Positions 1 to 8,673 of a stretch of 64,000 bases of DNA are shown piece by piece; within the stretch, counting starts at the first letter, position 1; every line of letters starts with the position of its first letter. The stretch spans positions 736,001 to 800,000 of the forward strand of contig CBDCTZ010000016.1 in the NCBI GenBank assembly GCA_965222375.1. The letters are read 5' to 3'. This stretch comes from Polyangiaceae bacterium (GTDB taxonomy: Bacteria; Myxococcota_A; Polyangia; Polyangiales; Polyangiaceae). A model generated the notes under the pieces. The model made no database searches, was not told where the DNA came from, and saw only the letters and a list, made by a program, of their open reading frames with translations. The position numbers were made by a program, and so were the translations under genes.

Positions 1-1836
1 CGACTCACCGTCTTCCCGCCGAGTCCTCAGTCGACCCTAGGCGGGGACTGGGATTTCACTGGCTCCATGGCGTTTGATCCGTCCGGTTCACAGTGGACTC
101 CTAGTTTCGGCGAGCAGACTGTGTTCCTGGGGGTGCTCAAACATTCCCAGCGCAATCCTACACAGCAGCTCGTGCCATCCCGCTCGTGGGAGATCCGCCT
201 CGGGCGAGGAGGGCAAATCTACTCGATGCGCTCTGCATTTGGCGAGGGTGTAGCTCCACAATTTCGTCCGGATGATGGTGACCGGGCACCCTGGGTCGAC
301 GAGGTGTGGCAAATGGTAGGTGTCTCCACTTCAAAGCACTCGCCTGACGCCGGCGCCCACTATTTCGTCCATCAAGCGGGCGTTTACCTAACCGACCCAA
401 TTCTCAAGAAACCATTCTTCTCGCCGCCGCTTGTTGCGGAGGTTTCCGGCACGGACAAAGCGTTTCGTTCGGTCCACTGGGGACAGCAGGCATCCATTCC
501 CACGATTCACCAATCGCACCTCTTGTACTACCAGCTAACTCGTGACATTGGGGCTGGCATCGTTGAGGTCACGCAGGTCGCTTACAACTTCGGCGACCAC
601 GAGGTCGATCGCTTTAACGCACCCTGGGGCGGCACGAGGCGCACCTCCCTTGACTTCTTGTACCGCAGCAACGCAGACGGCAGCAAGACAGTGGTGACAG
701 ACAAGTTCTCACCAAGTCTTCCCATGCATTTCGGTGCGCTCGGTGGCTGGGTTGCGTTTTCGGCCGGTCAGGCCCCCAATAGCCTCGCGCTTGGGCTCGT
801 ATTCGGTAAGGACCCTGCACCGCTCGATCCGATTCAATGGAGTACGAGCTTGTGGAAAGGTGGTTATGCAGGTGGAAACCCCACGGGCAACGAGACCGAC
901 TGGCGCAACTACCTCGCGTCGAGCGTGATCCGCCGCGTCGCCATCGCTCCCGGCACGGCGTTCTTCGTACGATACTACTACGTTTTCGGATCTCTTAGCG
1001 CCGTCGAATCGCTCTCAGCAACACATGACCTCGTGTCAAAGGCGGGTCTTGGGTCGGTTGCTTTCTCGACCTCAAAGGCTCCTCTCCTTGGTTGGAGCAT
1101 GGCCAAGAACAACGGTCAAACCGTGCTCACGCGCGCGGGTCAACACGACCCAGCGGAGTTCTTCACCTTCGCGCATCCAGTCAAACACTCGAAACCGCTG
1201 TTTCGCCTGCGCTCCACCGGACGCGAAGCCGTTAGCGTTGATCCTTACACATTCTCTGCCAGACCCTACGACGGGGCCACCGAGTACCAGGAGCTCTTGG
1301 GGTTTGTGCTGCCAGCAGATCAACTGGACTCAACTCATGTCTACCAAAACCTCTCGTCGCTGTTCAGCGCGGACCCGCAGCACTACCGCCCAACCAACAA
1401 ACAGATGTTTGCGGTTATCAAACCGAAGCCAGACGCGGGCGCCCCACCGGATGACGGTGGGGGGGCAACGGCAGATGCAGGGCAACCAGTGGACGCCAGC
1501 CACACCCAGGATGCGGCGAGCCCCAAGTTGTCCCCCTCAGGGGAAGAATCAGGGTCGGGTTGTGGTTGCCGACAGGCACCACGAAAAAGTGGCTCTTCGA
1601 GCTTCTTCATTCTGTTCGGGTTGATCGCGGCTGGACTTCGCCGCATCTCCCGCAGCCGATCAGAGCGCCGAAGCGCCAGGCGGCCAACCGCGGCGATGGT
1701 CGACATCCCTCCTTTCAGCTTCATGAGCCTCCCTCGCAGTGGGGATGTCCCAGACGTTGACCTGAGCCCGAAAAGAAGTGGCGGTTCTCGTCGACCTGAG
1801 ACCCTCTCGGACTTGAAAGACGGGATGCCGCCATGA
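1..1836 (+). CDS. Secreted/surface protein with MYXO-CTERM-type sorting tail, 5'-truncated by the window edge; function unknown
   Basis: Frame is open from base 1 (RLTVFPPSPQSTLGGDWDFTGSM...). An aromatic-rich body is followed by a PDAG/DAG linker, then GCGCR, a hydrophobic stretch and an Arg-rich segment. Confidence 0.75.
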   Translation, partial: RLTVFPPSPQSTLGGDWDFTGSMAFDPSGSQWTPSFGEQTVFLGVLKHSQRNPTQQLVPSRSWEIRLGRGGQIYSMRSAFGEGVAPQFRPDDGDRAPWVDEVWQMVGVSTSKHSPDAGAHYFVHQAGVYLTDPILKKPFFSPPLVAEVSGTDKAFRSVHWGQQASIPTIHQSHLLYYQLTRDIGAGIVEVTQVAYNFGDHEVDRFNAPWGGTRRTSLDFLYRSNADGSKTVVTDKFSPSLPMHFGALGGWVAFSAGQAPNSLALGLVFGKDPAPLDPIQWSTSLWKGGYAGGNPTGNETDWRNYLASSVIRRVAIAPGTAFFVRYYYVFGSLSAVESLSATHDLVSKAGLGSVAFSTSKAPLLGWSMAKNNGQTVLTRAGQHDPAEFFTFAHPVKHSKPLFRLRSTGREAVSVDPYTFSARPYDGATEYQELLGFVLPADQLDSTHVYQNLSSLFSADPQHYRPTNKQMFAVIKPKPDAGAPPDDGGGATADAGQPVDASHTQDAASPKLSPSGEESGSGCGCRQAPRKSGSSSFFILFGLIAAGLRRISRSRSERRSARRPTAAMVDIPPFSFMSLPRSGDVPDVDLSPKRSGGSRRPETLSDLKDGMPP

Positions 1837-1909
1837 AAGAAGAATCACTTGAGCACACCTGACTGGGGTCAGCTATGTGCTCAAACAGGAACAGGAGGAG
1901 CTTGGTAGG

Positions 1910-3394
1910 ATGACCCCAGGGCGAACCCATTATTGGCTGATTGGATTGCTGGCTCTTGCATGTGGAAGCTCGAGCGACGGCGGCGCTTTCGCGGCCAAGG
2001 ATTCCGGAAGTGACGCGGCGGCAGACGCGGGATCCGACGCTCAGCTCGGAGCTGATACCAGCACGGACGTCGTGCCGAGTGACGCAAGCGTTGGGCCCAT
2101 CGGCGCCCCTCTCGCGATCGACCTCGGCCCTGTCCAGGAGGGGGTGCCGGTCCCCGTGATGATCCCCCAAAATGCCCTGGGTTTTCAGATCTTGGTACAC
2201 GGTCCCGGCACCGTGGGAATCAAAACCGTGGCCGATCCGTCCGGCAAGTTGGTCGTCGACTACCACACGATTAACGGTGTGAGTGGGGCCAGCCTGTTCA
2301 GCGACCGCGGTGAGATCGCAGTGACCGTACCACAATCTCCCGACGCCATGCCCTTTACGTCGGGCACTTGGACGGTAACCTTCGGGTTTGGGCCGTTTAC
2401 CAAGGCGACCGCCTACGTTCAGCAAACGAACGATGGCAACTTTCACGGCGGCTTGCTCGATCTAGTCCTCTACCTGCCGAAGGGCCTTGTTTTGGCAGAT
2501 CCGGGACCGGATCACGTCGTCGACGCGAAAACCGCACCAACGGATGCCGCGGTTTCCGCACGCGTCGATTCCTTCTACGAGGCGTTGTTCCAACTGTTCG
2601 GTGTCAGCAGGGGATCTGTCACCTTCGTGGATATTCCCGCAGTGCATCGCACTATCGGCAGCGAGCAGGAACTGCTAGCCGCGTACGAGCAGACCGTGCC
2701 GCCACCTTCGGCCACCGCCGTGCATCTCGTCCTGGCCAACGGGATCACCTACTTTGGCAGCCCCGTTTGGGGTGTGGCGGCTGGCATCCCCGGTGGCTCG
2801 GTGGAAACTGGGCACAGCTCCAGTGGAATTGCGCTTAACGTGTCAGCCGGTTTCCCAGCTGTCGCGGACGGCTACACCCTGGTACACGAGCTAGGCCATT
2901 TCATCGGCCTGTTCCACACCACGCAGCAAGGCAACACTTCTCCAGTCTTCGATCCCCTCACTGACACGCCGCAGTGCCCGTCGTACCCAGCGCCGGGCTG
3001 TCCGGACGCCAGTAACATCATGTTCGCAACTTTTTGGGGCGCCTCTGGAGGCATTGGTGTCGTCTCATCGCCCCAACAGCGGGCCGTATTCAGAGCCGCA
3101 AGTGTGTACTCGCCACTGCTCCGAGCCGCGACGTCCAAGCGTAAGGCTCCGGCGGCGGAGTTAGGTTCTAGCTGGGCGCGGCACACGGCAGGTCCTGGAT
3201 GGCCCTATCGCCGTTCCGGACGTGCGTTGTCTGAGGCCGAGAGATGGCTGGCAGCCGGCCTTTGCGGTCATGTCCCGATCGGCAGCCCGCTCCATCGTCC
3301 TACCCGCACCGAATTGACGCGTCTGGCGGGCGACCCCGATTTGGTGCCCATTTTGCGCGAGCGTGCCCAACGGCTGGGTCTAGCGCTTGAGTAA
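1910..3394 (+). CDS. Lipoprotein zinc metallopeptidase, metzincin (M43/pappalysin-like)
   Basis: AGGAGG RBS ~11 nt before ATG 1910; lipobox LALAC; HELGHFIGLFH (HExxHxxGxxH); downstream NIM Met-turn. Confidence 0.8.
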   Translation: MTPGRTHYWLIGLLALACGSSSDGGAFAAKDSGSDAAADAGSDAQLGADTSTDVVPSDASVGPIGAPLAIDLGPVQEGVPVPVMIPQNALGFQILVHGPGTVGIKTVADPSGKLVVDYHTINGVSGASLFSDRGEIAVTVPQSPDAMPFTSGTWTVTFGFGPFTKATAYVQQTNDGNFHGGLLDLVLYLPKGLVLADPGPDHVVDAKTAPTDAAVSARVDSFYEALFQLFGVSRGSVTFVDIPAVHRTIGSEQELLAAYEQTVPPPSATAVHLVLANGITYFGSPVWGVAAGIPGGSVETGHSSSGIALNVSAGFPAVADGYTLVHELGHFIGLFHTTQQGNTSPVFDPLTDTPQCPSYPAPGCPDASNIMFATFWGASGGIGVVSSPQQRAVFRAASVYSPLLRAATSKRKAPAAELGSSWARHTAGPGWPYRRSGRALSEAERWLAAGLCGHVPIGSPLHRPTRTELTRLAGDPDLVPILRERAQRLGLALE

Positions 3395-3717
3395 GGATCT
3401 CGCCAAGTCGATCGCGAAGCAGTGCATCTGAAGCAGAACCCACGCGCTTTCCGCTCTGAAAACATGCGACCCGGAACGCGCAACCCACAGGCCCTGCTCC
3501 TGCCTTCGAGTTGCAGCTTTCTCCAGTCGGTTGCCTTTCCAATTTGTTGCGGAATTGACGTGCTGGGCCCGCCGTGTCCCCTTTGGTGTCCGTATTCTGT
3601 CAGTCCCCAACACCACAGCGAGCCGTCCCCGCGGATCCCACAGGTTTGCTCACCCCCGGCCGATACATCGCGCCAGGTCGGTACTGTCTCGGTCGACGGG
3701 TCGACAGGGATCGTCAC
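3268..3717 (-). pseudogene. Remnant of an RCC1-repeat protein (~2 repeats)
   Basis: WRDVSAGGEQTCGIRGDGSLWCWG...PQQIGKATDWRKL...RACGLR are RCC1-type repeats. There is no signal peptide or proper start, and the 3' end runs into the convergent peptidase gene. Confidence 0.65.
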
Positions 3718-3899
3718 ATTCGTGCTCAGGATTCGCGCAGCGTTCGTCCGATCACGAGCAAGAGGGCATGGTCGTTGGCAACGCCCGCATGGTCAAGTGC
3801 CTCGAGGAGACCTGGAGCGGGCCGGCTCGTCCTCCAACGCGCCTAGGGCGCCGGGCGGATCGAAGTGACCTCGTCGCCGATCCCCGAGGTGGCCGCGAG

Positions 3900-4877
3900 T
3901 CAACGCAGCGCTGGCGGCTGTCCCCAGCAATCGGTAGCGAGCGGGTTTCTGCCTGGGGTCCCGCACGCCTGCAAGTGCGGCAGTGGATCGAGCTTCGCCA
4001 GTCCGCTGCAGCTCGGTCCTGAGACCCAACGCCGAGGGCCAGCGAGGACTAGCGGGTATTCGCAAATCAAGCCGTTTCGTACGGATTCGAACTCGTCGGC
4101 GATCTTTGCCAGGGCTACTTTTTCGATTCGCATTTGATGAAGCTGTTCGTCCGCGCTGGTGGCAACCCGTGCCCGGTGTGCGGCCTTTTCGGCGATGGTG
4201 CGCAGCGCCTTCATGCGTGTGAGCTTGTCGTCGAGGGTACTGAAAAGGACGATATCGCGGTCGGCTCGAGCAACTTTCAAGCGGGCCTGGACGCGACACA
4301 CCGCTTGCCCGGGTTCACTGTAGCGAGCGCAGCCTTTGTCGAGCTCCGCCTGAACCACACGGCGTGACCGTCGCTGGGTGGGCACGATCAGCGGTCTGCG
4401 TGTGGCGCCATCCAGTGCTAGAGATAGCCCCAACGAGTCGAAACTTTGCGTCGGCCCAGGTGTGTACAAGGCAAGGGTCAGCCGAGCTGTGGGACGCGTG
4501 CGCTTGAAGCTCCACACTTGCTCGGCGCCGGCTTCGCAGGAGTCAACACTTCCGCTCTGGTAGCGTACCGTATACCAAACCTGTAGCGTGTGTTCGTCGC
4601 CCAAGGGCGTCACATCCGTCATCGGATAGTCGATGAGAACCGGATCCGTGACTGGGCCACCCCGGCGCCGATACTGCAGCTCGCCATCGAGCAGCACGGT
4701 GAGCTCGCTCAGCTCGTAGGGCCAGCCCAGATGATCGTCGAGGACCAGCCGGATCCCGGGGCGAGAATCGACGCGCTCGTGAGGGGCTGCGGAGTGGACC
4801 TCAGGCGACGCGCTACCGCAGCCCAAGGCCAAGCTCAGGCTCATGCCCAGGCTCAAGTATCCCCATAAGCGTCGCAT
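3900..4877 (-). CDS. Hypothetical lipoprotein
   Basis: MRRLWGYLSLGMSLSLALGC lipobox; 325-aa ORF with a beta-rich N-terminal part and a helical C-terminal part. Confidence 0.7.
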   Translation of the reverse strand: MRRLWGYLSLGMSLSLALGCGSASPEVHSAAPHERVDSRPGIRLVLDDHLGWPYELSELTVLLDGELQYRRRGGPVTDPVLIDYPMTDVTPLGDEHTLQVWYTVRYQSGSVDSCEAGAEQVWSFKRTRPTARLTLALYTPGPTQSFDSLGLSLALDGATRRPLIVPTQRRSRRVVQAELDKGCARYSEPGQAVCRVQARLKVARADRDIVLFSTLDDKLTRMKALRTIAEKAAHRARVATSADEQLHQMRIEKVALAKIADEFESVRNGLICEYPLVLAGPRRWVSGPSCSGLAKLDPLPHLQACGTPGRNPLATDCWGQPPALR

Positions 4878-4955
4878 CTCGCCGGCCAACCCTGGGTTGG
4901 ATGACGAAAGCCGGGAATTGATTCACGCAAATCGCGAATCTTCGTGCTCTTCGAA

Positions 4956-5666
4956 CTAGCGAGGCGCGTGGGGACGTCGGCCCGGGGGCGGCGGCTCCCC
5001 GTCGGGCCAGCTACATACCTGCTTCGGGCCGAAGGTGTGACGGACTGACACGGCGCCGGACTGGTCGTCGATGATCACATCGAAGGCCAGAAACGACATG
5101 TCGGCAGGCGTGATGTAGATGACGTCCAGAGCGTCGTAGCTCAAGATGTGCCGCTGCCCCTCGGCCCGCTCGCTGCGCAGACAGGCCTTCCCCCAGTCGC
5201 GGGTCATGAACTCGATCCTTCTCTCTCGGATCAGTCTGCGAGCCAGCTCCCGCGGCTTCGCCGCTGACTCTTTGAACGTGTCTAGAAACTGGGTCTTTCG
5301 CCAGCTGTTGACCCCAAGATAGATCTTCCGCGGCTTTGGGCGGCGCTCAGGCGGCGTCAGTTCGCCATCTGAGTCTTCTCCCTCGTAGTCGACGTCACGA
5401 TCCGACTGGTCGTCGTCCTCCTCCTCCGCCTGACCCGTCACCTCGTGGATACAGCGTCCACGGAAAGCGGGCGTCGTGATGACTGTGCCGCTTGGGTGGA
5501 CCGTGTCGCAGTTGACGGACTGCGCCAGGCGTGGGTGCGGCTTCGCTTGGGCTGCGCGCGAATCGGGCCGGGCGTTCGGCGCCGAGTTGGAGGTCGGCGG
5601 CGTCCCGCAAGCGAGCAGCAGCCCAGCCCACGGTAGCAGGCGCGCGACAGTCAGCGAGTGTGTCAT
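4956..5666 (-). CDS. Hypothetical lipoprotein
   Basis: LLLAC lipobox; acidic low-complexity segment; globular C-terminal part. Confidence 0.65.
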   Translation of the reverse strand: MTHSLTVARLLPWAGLLLACGTPPTSNSAPNARPDSRAAQAKPHPRLAQSVNCDTVHPSGTVITTPAFRGRCIHEVTGQAEEEDDDQSDRDVDYEGEDSDGELTPPERRPKPRKIYLGVNSWRKTQFLDTFKESAAKPRELARRLIRERRIEFMTRDWGKACLRSERAEGQRHILSYDALDVIYITPADMSFLAFDVIIDDQSGAVSVRHTFGPKQVCSWPDGEPPPPGRRPHAPR

Positions 5667-5883
5667 GGGTTTTGGTTGGGGTCGGTTCACTGGGTCGGCG
5701 CTGGGCCACTAATCTCGCACTAGGCCGCGCGGCGCGCCTGTGCGCAACAGCGCGAGATTAGAGCAACGACGTGCCAAAGGGATGCGACCCCAAACCCAAC
5801 CACCACACTCCGCGCATCGGGTCGGCAGGAGCGCGTGGTTCAGCGGCCACGCCAGCGGGGTCCCGGGGACACAGGTGTAGCGG

Positions 5884-5930
5884 CGTAAATATTTGAAATT
5901 ATTGAATATTTTACGAGGCACGGAAACTGT
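5884..5930 (+). promoter_or_regulatory. AT-rich imperfect palindrome (IHF-like) followed by a sigma54-like -24/-12 element
   Basis: CGTAAATATTTGAAATTATTGAATATTTTACG, then GGCACGGAAACTGT (GG-N10-GT versus consensus GG-N10-GC), 13 nt upstream of ATG 5944. Confidence 0.35.
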
Positions 5931-5943
5931 AGGGATCCTGGGC

Positions 5944-7035
5944 ATGAAGCTCTGGAAGTCCTTGATTGCAGTGCTGATGGCGCTGGGCGCAGTGGGTTGT
6001 GGCCCGGAGATCAGTTTCGATGACAGTCCGGAGGCCGCCTACGCCGACTCCTTCGGCGAAGCTCAGCCCGCTGACGACAGCGCCCTCGCGTCAATCGAAA
6101 CCGTGGAGCCGCTCGACCTTGCCAGCCCGATTCAGGGCCGCGGGACCTTCACGGTGTGTGAGCACACGCCGCTAGAACATGACCTCACTGCTGTCGTGTG
6201 GGCGGCGGAACCACTGGTCGTCGTCGATCTGGACGTCGAGAATTCGGAAGGTGACTTCGACGACGTGACGACCGCTGACAGCCCGACTCGCATGCTCCGT
6301 CGGCGCCTGACGGATGCAGAGCGCATGAGCTACACCGATGTCGCTGGGCGCGACGTTTGGATGTACGACGCTACCGGATACGTGTGTACGGCGACCCTCG
6401 CCGATCTGTGGCGGGTTCGCGAAGAGTGGGCGGAGCCTCACGACAGCGGCGACGTCGAGATGACCGGACCTAGTCGCGAAATGGTGGCGGCTAAGGTGCT
6501 GCCCTTGCAGGGTGACTGCTCGGGCGCGACCTACGCGAGCCCGGCTCAGGGCAAAGCCGCGTTCTTCTCGGAAGTGGCGGAGCCGAGCGCGCAGCTATCC
6601 GCCTCGGCTCTCGCGGCCTTTACGAAGCTTCCTGAGCACGGCGAGATTCAGAAGGAATACGAATCCGACGAGTGGCGACCACAGCCGCTAGAAGGCAGCA
6701 TCGCCCCGGCGGTTCGAGGGTCCTGGACCGACTACCTAGATTCCGGCAGTCATGTCACCCAGTACACGGACGAGTCGGGTCGCATGTTGGTGCGAGTTGC
6801 GGCTTGGGCCGGAGTGGGTTGCGGTGACTTTCGAGGCGACCTGTGGGCGATTTGGGAGCAGACGCCCACCGGGCTCTCGCTGCGGGCCGTCGGTCGCACC
6901 GAGGAGAGCGCTTCGTTCATCTTCGAGCGAGATGGCCGGCTCTCCTACGGCAGCGAGTCGCAGGTGAACGTCGCCGCAGGCAACCATTGGATGCAGGGCT
7001 ATTCCGTGCTCGAGCCTTGGAGCTGCCCCTGCTGA
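5944..7035 (+). CDS. Hypothetical acidic lipoprotein
   Basis: MKLWKSLIAVLMALGAVGC lipobox; GCGDF motif; ends in CPC. Confidence 0.75.
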   Translation: MKLWKSLIAVLMALGAVGCGPEISFDDSPEAAYADSFGEAQPADDSALASIETVEPLDLASPIQGRGTFTVCEHTPLEHDLTAVVWAAEPLVVVDLDVENSEGDFDDVTTADSPTRMLRRRLTDAERMSYTDVAGRDVWMYDATGYVCTATLADLWRVREEWAEPHDSGDVEMTGPSREMVAAKVLPLQGDCSGATYASPAQGKAAFFSEVAEPSAQLSASALAAFTKLPEHGEIQKEYESDEWRPQPLEGSIAPAVRGSWTDYLDSGSHVTQYTDESGRMLVRVAAWAGVGCGDFRGDLWAIWEQTPTGLSLRAVGRTEESASFIFERDGRLSYGSESQVNVAAGNHWMQGYSVLEPWSCPC

Positions 7036-7143
7036 GCCTTCGCCAGCACAGCACCAACTTGCCCCGGGTCTGTTACGCTTCCCGCGCGCCTCAACTCCAA
7101 GAGGGATTCGGTGGGCCGGCATTCAAGAACTCTCCCTGACGGG

Positions 7144-7938
7144 ATGAGCCCCGAGGAAGCCCGACTGACCGGGTTGTGGCCGCCTCTGGGCTACACCCCT
7201 CCAAGGCGTGGGGACCCACGAGAGGCGGGTCGAACACTCTTCGCGACAGGTCGTTGGCTTCTGCCGATGGTCGTCAGCGCGTTCAAGGTTCCCCGAAGCC
7301 AGTGGCCACGAACGACCGACGCGGAGGGCTTGCGGCGAATCGCCCAGGCGTGTCGTGACCTGCTCCGGCGCCTAGGCGTGCAGATCGAGATCGAGCGCGC
7401 GAGCGCCGTGCCCGAAACCGGTGGGCTCGTGTTCATGTGGAACCAGGAATCCCACCTCGACCACATCGTGCTGCCGAGCGTCCTGCCGCGACCGTTCTTC
7501 TCGCTCTACAACAACGCCGTCGCTGGCCGACCCGTGTACGGTCGCTACTTGCGCGACAGCGGGCACGTGCACGTCGACAAGACCGACGAGAGCCAATGGC
7601 GTCGCGGGGTCGCGCGGGCTGCAAGTCAGATCCGTGAAGGGGAGTGCGCTGTCGTGAGCCCCGAGGGCACCCGGAGCTGGGATGGCGAGCTGCTGCCGAT
7701 GAAGCGCGGTGCATTCATCATGGCGATCCAATCTCAGCGCCCCATTGTCTGTGTCACGTTGCTCGGCGGTCACCAACGCCTTCCACGAGGCAGCAGCGCG
7801 GTGCGCCCCGGCGTGATCCGAGCCGTGTTCTCCGATCCCATTCCGACTGCCGGTCATGACCCCGAGCGACGCGCGCCGCTGAAAGCGCGCGTCGCCGAAG
7901 AGTTCACCCGAGTGAAGACCGAGTTTCGCCTGAGTTGA
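7144..7938 (+). CDS. Lysophospholipid acyltransferase (PlsC family) with variant catalytic motif
   Basis: WNQESHLD (motif I), SPEGTRS (motif III), LPMKRGAF, and the PIVCVTL block. Confidence 0.85.
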   Translation: MSPEEARLTGLWPPLGYTPPRRGDPREAGRTLFATGRWLLPMVVSAFKVPRSQWPRTTDAEGLRRIAQACRDLLRRLGVQIEIERASAVPETGGLVFMWNQESHLDHIVLPSVLPRPFFSLYNNAVAGRPVYGRYLRDSGHVHVDKTDESQWRRGVARAASQIREGECAVVSPEGTRSWDGELLPMKRGAFIMAIQSQRPIVCVTLLGGHQRLPRGSSAVRPGVIRAVFSDPIPTAGHDPERRAPLKARVAEEFTRVKTEFRLS

Positions 7939-8037
7939 TGGCTCGCCCATGGCGCCGCCACCCTCTGGCGCCTGGGGTCACAAAAACGGCGCGCACGACC
8001 ACTGCGACTCCGCGGGCTCAGCGGCAAACTGCCTTTC

Positions 8038-8673
8038 ATGAGGGGCATTCCGGCGCGCCGTTGTTTGCGCCTCGCGTTCGGCGGGGCAGCCGGGAGCGCT
8101 GCCGCGGCGGCGCTTGTGGTCGCTTGCCAGGATGCGCCGAGGGACACGGGTCAAGAGCGCGAGCCCGCGACGCGCGCGCGTGCGCCACTGCCAGCTGCGC
8201 CCTCGCCGACGGTCGTGGCTCGCCCCGACTTTTCCGGACCCATCGACGCCGTGGCGCTCGGTCATCTGCCGGGCGCCGAGCGCGAGAAGATCCCCGCCTC
8301 TCCGGTCCCGGTCCTGCTGCCCCAGGATCCGGCATTGCTCTCGAAGCTCGTGGTCACCACGGGACCGCACTGGGTTGCCTTCAGCGTCACCCGCGAAGGC
8401 GTGACCACGAGCTTGCACGCGACTCGAGTGGCGTACGTGCATCCAGATATGCCTCCGCAGATGCCGGACCGGGATTTGCGCAAGACCAAGGCCTTTGTGG
8501 GGCAGAACGAACTGATCTGGAATGCGTCCTGGCAGGAGCGCGAGGTCGCCTATTCCCTGGACCTCGAGTGCGCGGTCACGGCCGACGCACGTTGCGCCGA
8601 TGAGCGCTTCCTGATCGAAATCGCCGAAAGCCTGGTGTACGTCGGCGGCTCTGCGAACCGCGGTGAGCCATGA
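8038..8673 (+). CDS. Hypothetical lipoprotein, translationally coupled to the M23 peptidase
   Basis: RR-containing signal peptide ending LVVAC; PVPVLLP motif; ATGA overlap with the next gene. Confidence 0.7.
   Translation: MRGIPARRCLRLAFGGAAGSAAAAALVVACQDAPRDTGQEREPATRARAPLPAAPSPTVVARPDFSGPIDAVALGHLPGAEREKIPASPVPVLLPQDPALLSKLVVTTGPHWVAFSVTREGVTTSLHATRVAYVHPDMPPQMPDRDLRKTKAFVGQNELIWNASWQEREVAYSLDLECAVTADARCADERFLIEIAESLVYVGGSANRGEP

Noticed and set aside
5763..5777. Minus-strand sigma54 promoter TTGGCACGTCGTTGC
   Set aside because: GG-to-GC spacing is 9 nt rather than the strictly required 10.
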